Notes: a model not told the origin generated them from the sequence alone. Counted from the first letter of the stretch, positions 23,990 to 38,033 are shown. The stretch is DNA of 64,000 nt from Octopus sinensis (GCF_006345805.1 NW_021834786.1:7647-71646), one strand, 5' to 3'. Numbers and translations are program-made.

Positions 23990-25530
23990 ATATGGAAACT
24001 CACAGCTTATTTCGATGAGTATGATTGAAAGTGTCTTTTGTCTACAGCCAGCAGACTAAGGTGACACTTGTTTATTGGTCATGCTTCAAGAATCCTACGA
24101 GGAATTCTTGCAGTTCCAAACAATGCTGATTTTTGTAGGTATTCTACCTTCACACTTACATCAGTCTTTTTCATCCATGTTGGTAGTTGAGAGCTGATAC
24201 TTCCAAGTGCACCAATTACAACTGGCATCATGCCTACTCTCTTCATTGACCACAAACTTCGTATTTCCCACTTCAATTCGTCATAGTTTTTTTATTTTCT
24301 CTTCATCATCCACATTGGTCATGTTGTCACCGGGGCATGCTATGTTGATTATCATACATGTTCTTTCTGTTTTATTCACCACAACAATGTCCGGTTTCCG
24401 ATGTCTGGCCGGCTGATCTCACTGGATTATTGCATCCGACAAGATTTTGCAATTCTCATTTTTGGTGACTCCTTCTGGAGTTTGCTCATACTGTGTCTTT
24501 GCTCTCTGAAAACCGTGATTGCTACAGGGCTCCCAATGGATCATTCTTATCACATTGTCATGGCGTCTTTTGTATTCACGTTGTGCCAATTTCTGCATTC
24601 GCTAACAATGTGCTATACTATTTCACCTCTCTCACCATACATTCTGCATTTTTCGCTACTGGTAGTGTTGTCTATTCTGCACTTCATATAATTGGACCTT
24701 AACGCTTGTTCCTCAGCTGCGCATATGAGTGCTTCTGTCTCTATCTTCAGGTTACTCTTCCACATCCATAGCCACTGGTTCTCTGTATCTGTCTTGGCGT
24801 TCACATATCTTGAAAATTGACCGTACATTTTCTCCGCATTCCCTGCTCTTTCTTTTTTTCATTTCTTGTTTAAATTTTTCTTTAGTTGCACAATTTTCAG
24901 TTTTGATGATGCCGACCTTCTCCGTGTGTTTCAACAGTGGCTCCACGGCATTTTTTATACCACCTTAAGCTGTTTTCCTCTGCTTCGATAAGTCCTGTTA
25001 ACTGATCAAACATCTCCCAACTTTTCTTCTGGACAAGTACAGCCTATCGGTGTCACTCTTAGCATGGAAGGCTCCGTTTACTGTTAACATTTTTCTAGTC
25101 ATGGTATCCATTTTCTTCACTTGTCTCTTTTCCCATTTTATAACTCCCACTCCTTACCGCAGTAATGCCATCGCCCACGTATTAACTGTTTGGATTTTAT
25201 TCCAACCAGTCAATTCTGAGCGCCACACCAACCTCAGTCTTCGGAAGTATTCCTTCCTCAGTTGCCCTTTCATTCACTTTCCCATTATCTCGTTGAAATC
25301 TAGTACACCAAGGTATTTGTATCCTTCCGTTTCAATTTGTTTAATCAAGTCTCTATTCGGTAATTCTATCCCTGATAGGGACTATACCTTGCCACGTTTC
25401 AGGTAGATTATTGCGCACATCTTGAATCCAAATTCCATTCTAGTATCAGTACTAAAGTACTAAAACAGTAGACCGTGCTCACCGAGGAACTCGCTTATGT
25501 CTTATTTGTGCCATACAGATTCAAATTGTG
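23990..25530 (-). mobile_element. R4/Dong-clade RLE non-LTR retrotransposon, 5'-truncated and degenerate
   Basis: YKYLGV; ETEALICAAEEQAL; CCHC CRMYG..HIVSEC; RHDNV; RKPDIVVVNK; PVVIGALG; LQKSALFGTARI. The 3' end abuts (TAA)n, the known Dong target. Confidence 0.9.
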
Positions 25531-25859
25531 ACGGACGCCTCCAGGTGAGAAGTGGGCTGGTCCACTACTAAAAAATTGTGGGCAGGCTCAATAGGTAATG
25601 TCAGACAGCGAAGGTACGCGAATAGTGTCGTACGAGCGGCAAGTTCATTTGAACGAGAAGTCATGTTTTCTTAGTTTTCCTTTTCAAAGGTATTGTTGAA
25701 GTGTTGTTGTTTGAATTGTTTGCCTTGTTAAACTGTTGCTTGCTTGGCAGATGTTGTTTTCGAACTTGTGTTCTTTCCCCCTACGCGGGGAAGATTCTAA
25801 TATTTACTATAATTGTGAATTATGGTCTGTTAGCATCTATGCCAACTAGCACAGAATGG

Positions 25860-27000
25860 GAGAATTCTCAAAGCTGCAAGTCGAGATGCTGATCAGAAAG
25901 GGGGAATATTGTAAGTGACTTTAGAAAGGGGAATATCGTAAGTAAATTTAGGCCCATAACTCTGCTAAACTCAAACTTAAAGATTTTGGCCACGGTGCTA
26001 GCAAAGACGTTGGCGCGGATCGTGGAAGGCCTTGTTGGGGAAGCTCAGACTTGCGCTAACTCAGGCAGGTCGATACCTGACAATCTTCACCTCATACGCT
26101 ACTCCTTAGAGAGGGTGGGTAAAATCTCTGGCAAAGGTGGGGCACTGGTACATTTAGACCAGTCTAAAGCATTTGATAGGATCGACCATCGGTACCTGGC
26201 CGCGGTTCTCGGGGCTGCCGGGCTAGGCCTGACTTTCTGTGGCTGAATCGCTGCTTTGTACAGTAACGTCGAGTCTATCGTTCAATACTGAGCGCCCAGT
26301 TCGCCAGCGAGGTATGTCCCCTGATTCCACTTTTGTATATGCTGGTCCTTGAGCAATTACTGCAAAGGATGGAGGCGGTAGGGTGCGTTTCGCATGATCT
26401 ATGGGGCGGAAGAGCAGCTACCGCGTACGCGGATGACACACCATCATCGTGTACGATGAAGGGCAGCTACCTAGTGTAGAAAATGCTATCAAAAGATACG
26501 AAACGGTGGCAGAAGCAGTAATTAAGCAGGTCAAGTCAGTCGAACTGAAACTCAGCACCTGCAGGGGAAAGTCGATGCTGCCCAATTACGTCGTGGGATG
26601 TTAGACGGAAGGTCCGATTAAGGGTTGTGGTTCGGTCCAGAACTACAGATAGAGAAGAATTGGAGCGAGGTTACAGGCAGGGTAACTGTACCGACCTGGA
26701 CTTGGTCTAGAAGGGCGTTATCTCTGCTAGGAAAGGTGGAGGTGGCGCAGATGCTTATAGCTTCTGTTATCACCTACCTCCTGACTCTTGTGCCTTGTCC
26801 CGATTTGTGACTGAAGAGGCAGGAACGACTCCTATTCCACTTTTTGTGGAAGAGAAGAGGAGCACTTGTAAGGCGTTCTGTCTGCTACTAAAACCTTTAA
26901 AGGGTGGCCTAGAGATGTCGTGGTTGAGGATGCGCATGTTCGCGCTAAGGCTTAAGCACCTCTGGCTCTACCTGGATGGTGAGCAGGTGTGGGTCACCGC
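25860..27000 (+). mobile_element. Tx1/L1-clade LINE RT fragment
   Basis: FRPITLLNSNLKILATVLA..GRSIPDNLHLIR..LDQSKAFDRIDH; YADD at ~26426; W.RRALSLLGK. Confidence 0.88.
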
Positions 27001-27799
27001 ACGTGAGGTTGGTATAGTTACAAGATATTATTTTATTCTTTTACTGACTTCAGTAATTAGATTGTGACAAGGCTGAGGTACAAATTTGAAGGATTTTAGT
27101 CGATATCATGGACATAGGTATTTATTTTAGTCTGAGGTGTACCATTGATATAAATTTGTTGAATCATTCACTAAGTTACACTTTTCTTTATACAACTCTG
27201 GTTCTGATAACTGGTGCTGTGACAAACACTCACTTGAACACAAATACACAAGATACACGTATACACGCATGGTGAGCTTGATGAGATGTCTAATTGACCA
27301 AATTACTCTCACAAAGCATTTGAGGTTAAAATTTATCAAAAGTTCTGTGCAGTGGAATTGAACCTGAAACTACTTGAGAATGAAGCAATCTTTTTTACCA
27401 TATAGTCATGCCTGGTAATGGAGGTCTGTTATTGTTTCACTTGTATCAATAGTGAAAATCATTATTATAACTACTTTGTTCAATTCATTCATTCAATTTA
27501 AAACATGAATTACACTGGCTGAATTGGAAGCCTTTTCACATTAAATTTTTTTAATATCATATATTTAAAAGTTAAATGTGGAAAGAAAAATGTTGTACAT
27601 AAACATTATCACACTCGCATGCACAAAATATAAAAAGAGAAAATTGCTGGGTATAATGTATTTGAGCATGATGTTTTTACCTTGGAGAAGGATGACATTC
27701 CCCATTTGTGTATAATAAATCCATCTGCCCAGCTTTAATCACTTGATAATTTGCAACTTACTTCTAGAAACCAACTAAAATCATTTGATTTTCTACAAA

Positions 27800-28140
27800 C
27801 AAGTGAACACACAGGATTTCATACTCATGGGGAAATGGAAGAGGCTGATAGTTGTAAATGCTAAATCTTTCTCTGGAGATGGCTTAGTAACTAGTGACTT
27901 CAGAGTAAGAGCTGTGTCAACTCAGAGACACAAGACAAGTTGGAGACGAAAGATATTGAAACCTGAAGAACTGTTGAATAAGCAAAAATTCAGAGAAACT
28001 CAAGTTGGAAAATTTCACAAAAAATGAGGATGTGATGGAGACATAACATAGAGGAAAACTGGAAGTTCTTATAGAACAACATGTTGCAAGCCATAGACAA
28101 GACAAAATTCCACCCAGACAAAAGGTGACATGGAGGTGGA
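27800..28140 (+). mobile_element. RTE-like LINE fragment (EN-RT linker)
   Basis: VVNAKSFSG..LVTSDFR..WRRKI.K and RQKVTWRW resemble the RTE/BovB linker; degenerate. Confidence 0.5.
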
Positions 28141-28848
28141 AGATTCTGGGTATTACTGCTGTTGAGGGGGGCACTACAGGCTTGATCAGAGTATGATAGT
28201 TGCTGTTTCTCACTGTATGTACGCAAACATCTTTACATACACAGATCTTGAAAGAAAAGGTTCAAATCCTTTTTGATATAAAGAGTTTAAGTTAAAATAA
28301 ACTGTAGGTTTTCAAGGCTTATAGTAAATAGTGTTGTTTAAATTCTGCTGTGAGGTGTTCAATATTTTTAGTTAGTAGATTGTAAATCTATTTATGTGTT
28401 ACTTTCTCAAAGTTTTGTATATACATAGACATTTCTAAAGTAAATAGACACTATCATATTTGAAAGATTTATTTCTCAAAACAAACTAATGTCATTTGAT
28501 GCTTTTAAATAATTAATCAAATATTTGGTAGACATGATTTATGCAGTTTTTTAAAATTATTTAACGATTTGGGGGATTGTACTTATGAGTAATATCCACA
28601 CTGTTAAAATGTTATAATGTGTGTAGTCTAATTACTTCTGAGATGTCTGTGCATATTTTTTTTGCTTGGACTGAGCAAGAGGAGATAGTATTTATAGGAT
28701 GATGTAGTTAGGCCATACATCATGTAACTCCCCCCCCTTTGCCCATGGGTTGGGAACCCTTCCAGTAAAGAAAATTGAACGCCCAAAAGGGCCCCCGACC
28801 CTCTGTGTGAGAAGCGGTTATGTTCAGATCACAACTAAGTATATATGG

Positions 28849-28942
28849 GCAACACACACAAACATATACGTACATACACCTATTTTCGAAACATTGTTTA
28901 CAAAATAATAGCTGATCGTTTGCGAAGAAGCTTGTTTCGGGC

Positions 28943-28993
<51 letters not shown>

Positions 28994-29016
28994 ACACACA
29001 CAGAGACACACACACA

Positions 29017-29076
<60 letters not shown>

Positions 29077-29186
29077 ATCATATACGTACACACACCTATT
29101 TTCGAAACATTGTTTACAAAATGCAAGTTTCGAAACATTGTTTACAAAATAATAGCTGATCGTTTGTGGAGGAGCGTGTATCGGGC

Positions 29187-29234
<48 letters not shown>

Positions 29235-29352
29235 TATACGTACATACACCTATTTTCGAAACATTGTTTACAAGATGCAAGTTTCGAAATATTGTTTACA
29301 AAATAATAGCTGATCGTTTGCGAAAGAGCGTGTCTCGGGCAACACACACACA
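28849..29352. repeat. Composite minisatellite: ~3 units of a unique core plus (CA)n
   Basis: cgaaacattgtttacaaaataatagctgatcgtttg...cgggcaa(ca)n repeated three times. Confidence 0.85.
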
Positions 29353-29891
29353 CTCACACACATTGCATACATGTGTTTTGTACGCATACATGTTCGTGTG
29401 TGTGTGTGTGTGACAGAAGCCATTCACACATACATACATAACAACCCCTATATGTCTGTTTTTGCCTCTCAGCCACTCATTAAAAGGACGAAATTTTAAA
29501 AATCTGTTTTCTCTCTCTCTTTAAAATCAACACTCAATCTTTCAAAAGCTTGAGTAGATTTAATTACTGACGAAACAGAGGTTTTATAAAGCGAGGCTTC
29601 ACCTCACAACATATTACACAATTTTTAGTTATACGCTTTACATCATCTACAGAGTAAGATAGATTCTTAACTTTAATATAATGAAACAATCGTATGATTC
29701 CAGGATGACACAGCGCTTCATGAATACAATACAGTTCATTATCAGTCGTAGCTGTGCAATAAGTACGCGATAAAGTATCAGATGCAACATTAAACTTGCC
29801 TTGGCGGTAAATGATATCAAATTTATACTGGGCTAATTCGATTCGCCAACGCATAATTTTTTCGTTTTTAGGTTTACTGCGCTTTTGACAA

Positions 29892-31304
29892 TCTATATAT
29901 ATAAAACTGTAGTTGTGTGAGTGTCTGTCCCCTTCGATTTAGATTCCTAACTCCTCCCACATTTTGCGGTGCAGTTTAACCAAATTCGGGTATCTTATAG
30001 TCGTGATTAATATCGAGCCCGTCTGGCTATTAGCGCGCGTCTACGATGAGTCTACGATTTTAAAAATAATTTAACATCATTTTTTATTCCATTTTAATGC
30101 ATAATTTTTCGTGTGTCGATGGCGGCGGAGTTGGCGTCCACGCTCAAACACCTGCCCTGTGTTTGCTTCTCCCCCTTCTTCCCTCCCTCGTGAAGCTGTG
30201 GGGAAGGGAGTGTATGGAAATCAACGTCGTAAAGCGTTGTCAAGGAGACCAGCGTTCTTTTAGAACAACGACTTCATGGCTTGAAGACACCAAAACAGAA
30301 ATGGCTAAGAAAGCCCGAATTGGCATCTATAAGGGAAGTAACTCTCTAAAAATGCTTATATAGTTATTTCCCTTACAAACCCGAGCAACGCCGGGCGATA
30401 CTGCTAGTCTATATATATAAAAGTGAAGTTGTGTGAGTGTCTGTCTCCTACGATTTAGATTCCTAACTACTCCCACATTTTGCGGTGCAGTTTAACCAAA
30501 TTCGGGTATCTTATAGTCGTGATTCATATCGAGCCCGTCTGGGTATTAGCGCGCGTCTACGATGAGTCTACGATTTTAAAAATAATTTAACATCATTTTT
30601 TTCTATTTCTTCCAATTTTTTCGTGTGTCGATGGCGGCGGAGTTGGCGTCCATGCTCACACCTGCACCTGTGTTGTTTCTCCCCCTTCCACCCTCTCGTA
30701 AAGTGTGACTGCGCATGCGCGAACGTGTCGCGCATGCACAGTCACACGTTCGCGCATGCGCAGTCACACTTTCGCGCATGCGCAGTCACGTTCGCGCATG
30801 CGCAAGCAAAATTTCGAACAATCGCAGTCACACTTTCGCGCATGCGCAGTCAAACTTTCACGCATGCGCAGTCACACTTTCACGACCGAATGTTTTAGTT
30901 GTTGCACAAATCTTTATATATAAAAGTGAAGTTGTGTGTCTGTCTCCTACGATTTAGATTCCTAACTACTCCCACATTTTGCGGTGCAGTTTAACCAAAA
31001 CCGGGTATCTTATAGTCGTGATTCATATCGAGCCCTTCTGGGTATTAGCGCGCGTCTACGATGAGTCTACGATTTTAAAAATAATTTACCATCATTTTTT
31101 TCCATTTTAATGCATTTTTTTGCTATTATATAAGGGAAGTAACTCTCTAAAAATGTCTACGATGAGTCAACGATTTAAAAAAATTTACTATAATTTTTTT
31201 TCCATTTTAATGCATTTTTTTCCTATTTTTTGGCTATAACTCTCTAAAAATGCTTTTTAGTTATTTCCCTTACAAACCCGAGCAACGCCGGGCGATACTG
31301 CCAG
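29892..31304 (+). mobile_element. Head-to-tail array of three non-autonomous Helitron units
   Basis: Each unit starts TC (29892, 30408, 30911). The 3' hairpin CCCGAGCAACGCCGGG is followed by CTAG (30407) or CCAG (31304). Inserted at A|T with no TSD; removal restores gypsy MFNCQKRSKPKNEKIMRWRIEL. Confidence 0.92.
30701..30883. repeat. ~22 bp tandem array built on the GCGCATGCGC palindrome
   Basis: Repeated ttcgcgcatgcgcagtcacac, with the first unit inverted. Confidence 0.9.
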
Positions 31305-34109
31305 TTAAACATAAAGCCACACTGTTTTGATCAGTTATTAGTGTGAAGTTACGTCCAAGAAGAAAATGAGACCATTTTCTCACAGATTCTACAATCGCTG
31401 TCGCCTCTTTTTCAATACAAGAATAACGACACTCATTTGGGTTGTGGGTTCTTGAAAAACATGCATCTGGCTTTCCGTTTGGGTGTAAAATGCCAGATAT
31501 AGCTACCTCCGATGCATCTGTTTCTATTGAGAAAGGAAGGCTTTCATCAATCACTTTTAAAGTAGCGTTTGCTAAATCATCTCGTAAAGTTTTTAAACTT
31601 GACTAGGCTAGTTCACTCAAAGGAAAATATTTAGTATCAACCAACAGTTTTTATCATGTCAGAGAATTTGGGAATCCATTTAGAATAATACGCAAATAGA
31701 CCAACAATTCGACTCAATGCTTTGTGGGTACTAGGAATAGGTAGTTCTAGTAAGGATTTTACCCGGTCAGGGTCAGGTTTTAAGTTACCATTTTGAATTT
31801 CATAGCCAAGCAATCGAATCCGCGTAGTGCTGTAAATGCATTTGGTATCATTAAAAGTTAAATTACAGTCCTTAGCAACTTGAAGAAAATGTTTTAACTT
31901 TCGATCATGTTCTTCCTTCGATTACCACACACAGTTATGTTGTCGATATATGCAAAAGTAGCTCTACAATTATGGCTTTCGATTATATTATCGATCACTC
32001 TACATTTGTAAGTCCGAAAGCAATACGTTTGCGTTGATATAATTTTCCCTGCGCTTTGAAAGCCGTATAATGTCAATCTTCAACTGGAATCTCAACTTGA
32101 TGATACGCATTTGAGATCTAGTGTGCTAAAATAATTTACCTGAGCTATTTTTGTGACCATGTCATGCATATTTGGCAGTGGATATCCATCTAATTGCGTA
32201 AACTTATTTATAGTCTCACTATAATCAATACACAGTCTCTTGCGATGATTTTCTCTCGATATTACCAATACCTGGGCTCGCCAGGGAGAAACACTCGGTT
32301 CAATTACCTCTTCTACCAGATCTCGGCTTAAAGTATCAGCAATAATTTTTTCATTATTGGCGGACTGTCTTCTCGATTTCGTAACTATGGGTTTACAGTC
32401 AGTGTTTAAATTTTCAAACAACCTACGTGTAATGTTACTTTTAATGCTCTTTAAAGCTCCCAAATGTAACGGGGGCATATCGCCGTCTATGATATTTGTA
32501 CATGTTGATGCTGTTTTAAGAAATGTTGTCTTAAAATTATATCTACAAACAAATTACTAAGTACCACTAGATTTACTTGCTCGTAAATTCTTCCGTGAAG
32601 TTCAATTGAACTCATACAATAACCGTTGCTTTGGGAACGATTTCCATTGACAGCCATGTTAATTTCATTCCTTTCAGACTTCACCACCAATTTGTTTTTC
32701 TTTGCAAAGTCTTTGCTAATATGATTCATAGTAGAGCCGGTATCAATCAAAGCAAATGCTTTCACGCCATCGACTGTTATTGTATAATTAACTTTAGTAG
32801 TAACTCCAACTTGACATAAAGCCACGGCGAAGTTGCCATCATCAAGAGCTGCTGATGTCTTATCGAAATTTTTACGGTTACTTGACCGGCATTCTTTAGC
32901 AAAATGACAAAAAATCTACATTTGTAACACTTGCTCCGCCTAGCAGGACATTTAAACCTCGGATGAAATTCATTAGATCCGCAAAAGGTACAGGATTTTT
33001 GAGTTCGTTTTGTCGCTGTACAAGGTGTGTTTCCGTCAGGAATTGAGATTTTGTCTTCTTCACGTGGAATAAACGTTGACAAACAGCTTCCCTGGCTGTT
33101 TATAGCAGACTGACTGCTATTATACACTTCGGAATTCCTTTGAGCAACTTCCAGCGGACGGGCTTGGTTAAATATCGCTTCTAAAGTTATCGCCGCATCT
33201 TGAATATTTTCTAAAAGTCTAAGGCGAGTTAAAGATGACGTTAATCCCGAGATAAATGCGTCACGAACAGCTTCATTTTTGTGAGTCTCAGCGTCTACAG
33301 CTCTGTACCCGCAATCTTTAGCTAGTCGTTTCAATTTCTGTAAATAGTCGTCAACTGATTGACCTGGTTCTTGTTTGCATGTCATTAAAAGGTATCTCGC
33401 AAAAATAATGTTCAATGGTTTCACGTACATTCTCTCCAGAGTTTCAATTGCTTCTGAGTAATTCTCACATTCACATATGAGTTCGTAAGTGTCTTTATCT
33501 ATGTGCGCTATTAAACACTTAAGTTTGCTTTCATCCGTGATAGGCGGTTCAGCAGGGCATGATACTAAAAATGTTTTTTAAGTTGTGAACCAATATTTCC
33601 ATTCTTTCGAAGCTTGACTCGAACTTGGATTAGCGGTGAACAAATTTGGTTTTATAAATTTGCTGTACATTTTCTCTCGCTCTCTCTCTCTAGCTATATA
33701 TAGTCGCTTAAATTGCTATAAACCCAAACTCGAATATCGAAATACAATAAAAACTCGAATAATAATATACAATACAAACAAAGATTGCTAAATTGTAAGC
33801 AAAACCAAACTTCAACGCAATAACATTTTTATGCAGCGAGTTGCTACATTCTAGACTAAAATCAACGCAGAACACGTCGTGCTGCAAACAGAACAGAACT
33901 CCGCGCAGTCGCACTGCAGGCATATAACAGCAATCGAGACAATCAAAATCACGTGATCAAAACTAAAATCACAAGTATTGACTTGCTCTTAAATAAAATT
34001 CAATTTATACTGACAACATTAAACACGATTAACTATAGGCTGTTTCTAAATTCCAGATCTTGTGCTTCTATTATTATTATTATTATTGATGTTGTTGTTG
34101 TTATTTATA

Positions 34110-34341
34110 GCAGCGAGCTGGCAGAAACATTAGCACGCCGGGCGAAATGCTCAGCAGTATTTCGTCTGTCGCTACATTCTGAGTTCAAATTCCGCCGGGG
34201 TCGACTTTGCCTTTCATCCTTTCAGGGTCGATTAAATAAGTACCAGTTACGCAGTGTGGTCGATATAATCGACTTAATCCGTTTGTCTGTCCTTGTTTGT
34301 CCCCTCTGTGTTTAGCCCCTTGTGGGTAGTAAAGAAATAGG
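34110..34341 (+). mobile_element. tRNA-derived SINE (OR-like family), full length
   Basis: TGGCAGAA head, GAGTTCAAATTCC B box, tail tgtcccctctgtgtttagccccttgtgggtagtaaagaaatagg. Confidence 0.8.
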
Positions 34342-35316
34342 ATATATAAAAAAAAAATGGTTAGCAGCATTTCTCCTGGCTTTTTTACCTTCTGAGTACA
34401 AATTCTTCCAAGTTCGGCTTTGCCTACATTTTTTCAGGGGCGATAATATTAGATATTAATCAAGTACTGGAACTAACCCCTATCTTGAAAATTGCCGACC
34501 TTGCGTCATCGTTTGAAACCATTATTAATAATGTGGTGATCAGGTAGAATTGTTGGAGCGTCGGAGAAAAAAAAAAGGATTTGTGGTATTGGTTCTGACT
34601 CTTTACGTTCTGAGTTCAAATCCCATCGAGGTTAATTTTGACTTTCATGCTTTCGATGTCGATAAAATAAAGAAACAATCAAATACTGGGGTTGATCTAA
34701 ATGATTGACTCAATTCCCCTAAATTTCAGACTTAGTTTGATGACGGTGGTTGGTAGAATTAGTAAAGTGTTGGACGCAAAAATTCTTCACGAGTTTTTAA
34801 GTAAATTCTTTAACATTGAGTTTGCATCATATTCAGGTAGATTAAACATGTCTAATAATGGAGATTAGTTTATTCGACTGTTCCTTTCCTTAAATTTGTG
34901 AACTTGTGGCTAAGTTATAAATTGTGATTATTAACCAAAACAAATGAGCGTTTCGTTTATCCTATCTATCCTAGAGTGTTTCACACCTCTATGGTCTATG
35001 ATCAAATCCTACAACAGTTAAATTTCCCTTTCGTCACTCTACGGTTAATAAAGTTGAGTGCCAGTTATGTACTTAAGGGCCTTGTTTCAGCGGGCTACCA
35101 GGAGACAAGTCTTCTCCACTTTACAGGAACAGGGGACAAACCATCTTTTGTCTTCCCTACTTTTTCTCAATTAAAAACAAAGAAAATCCCACTAACAAGT
35201 CATACATGTATAATACACATTTTTACATGTTTATAAATGTATGTATATTTATATTAATATATATAGACCCTAAGTTGCAATCGCTATTGAATTTTGTTCG
35301 TTCGATAGTTACACCC

Positions 35317-36110
35317 ATTTGCTAAAAATTAAAAACAGAACAACTCATCAATAATTGGTGTAAGAATTGTATAACATTTATATGTATTTGTCGGGATCCG
35401 GACAAAACCCCCTCAGACAAAAACCCTTCGGACAAAACCCCCTTAAAGTGCGAAAGCAAACAAAACCTCCTCAGTTATCTTTTTTGGTTATGTTTCGTTT
35501 TTTTTATGTTCTCTAAAAAAAATTTTTGCCTGCTTCAGTCATTGGACTGTGGCCATGCTGTGGCATCGCCTTGAGGAATTTTTAGCCGAATATATCGCCC
35601 CCACCACACCCAATTTCTTTGTTTTACTTGTCTGTCATCACACTGCGGAATTTTTAGTCGACTGTTTTGGATATTTTTAATTTTCTTACTTGTTTCAGCC
35701 ATTAGACTGCGGCCATGCTGGGGCACCACCTTAAAGAATATTTGCTAAAAATTAAAAAAAGATCAACTCATGAATAATTTGCTTGAGAATTGTATAACAT
35801 TTATATTTATTTGTCAGGATCCAGACAAAAGCCCTGTAGGACAAAACCTCACTAGGACAAAGCCCCTTAGTTAAAGTGCAAAAGCAGACAAAACCCCCAG
35901 TTATATTTTTGGTTATTTTTCGTTTTTTTTTTATATTCTAAAAATGCTTTTAGTTGTTTCAGTCATTGGGCTACTGCCATGCTGGGGCACAGCTTTGAGG
36001 AATTTTTAGTCGACTGTATCGATCCCAGAATTTTTTTATTTTCATACTTGTTTCAGTCATTAGACTGTGGCTATGCTGGGGTACTGTCCCGAAGAATTTT
36101 TAGTCGCTGA
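35317..36110 (+). repeat. Old ~423 bp tandem duplication with ggacaaaacccc subrepeats and SINE tails
   Basis: atttgctaaaaattaaaaa...ggatcc.gacaaaa occurs at 35317 and 35740. Confidence 0.8.
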
Positions 36111-36314
36111 AAAATCAGTATTTTAAAATTTAAAATTGCAGTCTTTTGTTTTCTTCTCTCTGCCATTAGAGATTAATGAGAGTGAGCTGACCTTCTGAAT
36201 GGCCGTTGAATGTCTAACAGAATTATGGCGCCGAAAGCTAGTTATTCAAACGTCATTCTTATCGTTTCTATGTTTCTACACATTTTTTGAAGTAAATTCT
36301 TTCCCATTTGTTAG

Positions 36315-36358
<44 letters not shown>

Positions 36359-36368
36359 GTGTGTGTAT

Positions 36369-36426
<58 letters not shown>

Positions 36427-36449
36427 AAGATAAATTGATAGATACAACT

Positions 36450-36683
36450 GAGTGGGCAAACAAAAATATGAGACACAGCGTAGTGCTTTTTTATGTTGAT
36501 AAGCCTGGTACTTATTCTATTAGTTTCTTCTTGTGAAATCAGTAAGTTATGGGGATGTAAATAAACGAACAGCAGCTGTGAAGCAGTGATGAGGGTGAAA
36601 CACAGAAAGTCACAAACATACACTTAAATATATACATACATATATATACGATTGATTTCTTTAAGTTTCTGTCTACGAAATCC

Positions 36684-36714
<31 letters not shown>

Positions 36715-37070
36715 AAGATAAATTGTGTGGGCAAACAAAAATATGAGATACTGCCTAGTGGTTGTTTTTCATTTTTATAAGCTTGGTACTTATTCTATAA
36801 GTAAGTTATGGGGATGTAAATAAACGAACACCAGTTGTGAGGCGGTGATGAGGGAGAAACACAAAGACACACACACAGACTTACATATATACATACATAT
36901 ATATACGATTGATTTCTTTCAGTTTCTTTCTACAAAATCCACTGAGAAGGCTTTGGTTGGTATGAGGCTATAGCAGAAGACACATGCCAAGTCACCACAC
37001 AGTGGGACTGAACCCAGGACCATGTGTTTTGGAACGAAATTTGTTACCACACATCCACATCTGCACCTAT
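36450..37070 (-). mobile_element. Degenerate OK-like SINE with internal tandem duplication
   Basis: Similar to 9744-10198; ~36420-36690 is repeated at ~36700-36930. Confidence 0.65.
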
Positions 37071-37381
37071 GTATGTGTGTGTGTATGTGTGTATATATGT
37101 ATGCATGTATATTTGTGAATATATATGTGTACATGTTACATGTACATCTATATATATATACATCTACACATATACATGTATACATATACATCTATATGTA
37201 TAGAAATAAATGTATACATATACAGCTATACACACATACACACACACACACATACATAGGTGCAGGTGTGGCTGTGTGGTAACAAACGTCGTTCCAAAAC
37301 ATATGGTCCTGGGCTTAAATTTAAATTTAAAATAATAAGGGTGAGAAATTGAATATTAATTTGATTAACATGAATTGAAAA

Positions 37382-37756
37382 CCAGTGGTGTAGCATATAA
37401 GACCATAGCGGATCTTCTTCTAGCAACATGGATGTCCACTGTTAATGGTTCATCCCTCTTATATAATAGTTTGACTTCAATAGTTTCAGTATTAAAGTGA
37501 AAGTATCTGACATTACAATAGAGAGATGTTTTTCTTTCACTTTTAACACGTAATACTGGAATAGTGGAGAAGATATGATATTGCTGTGGGCTCGCCCTAG
37601 GCAAGAAGTTAAAAATGTTTTTACCCATGACACTACATGGACCCTAAGTAAGGCATGTGTAAAATTTGAATGAAATTGGTTGTATAGTTCTCAAGTTTTA
37701 GGGATTCATACAGACAGACAGACAGACACACATTCTCAGTTTTATATATATATAGA
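37382..37756 (-). mobile_element. Non-autonomous Helitron-like element
   Basis: Minus strand begins TCTATATATATATAAAACTGAGAATGTGTGTCTGTC, like the 29892 units, and ends CTGG|T. Confidence 0.6.
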
Positions 37757-37772
37757 GAGATATATGTATATA

Positions 37773-37888
<116 letters not shown>

Positions 37889-38033
37889 AATTTATAAGTA
37901 AGGGCAAAAGAATAAATTTCTAATGCCAAAATATGCCGAAAATTGACACAACGTCAATAACCATGTAATTTATCACTACAAGCACGCGTCTCGAAGAAAG
38001 ACGACAGAAATTTCTAAAAAATCCCGTTATTAC

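Larger units (their letters stand above)
29510..34018 (-). mobile_element. Ty3/gypsy LTR retrotransposon (Mag-like), 3'-truncated, interrupted by a Helitron array
   Basis: Probable 5' LTR ~33710-34018; gag ATG at 33670 (MYSKFIKP..WKYW..RDAFISGL, CCHC-like); protease ALIDTGS; RT SVSPWRAQVL..; RNase H ETDASEVAI..EKEA; integrase H-H-C-C zinc finger. Confidence 0.9.

Noticed and set aside
27131-27271. AG..GT-bounded open segment as a possible exon
   Set aside because: It lies in a decayed SINE-like sequence and has no transporter similarity.
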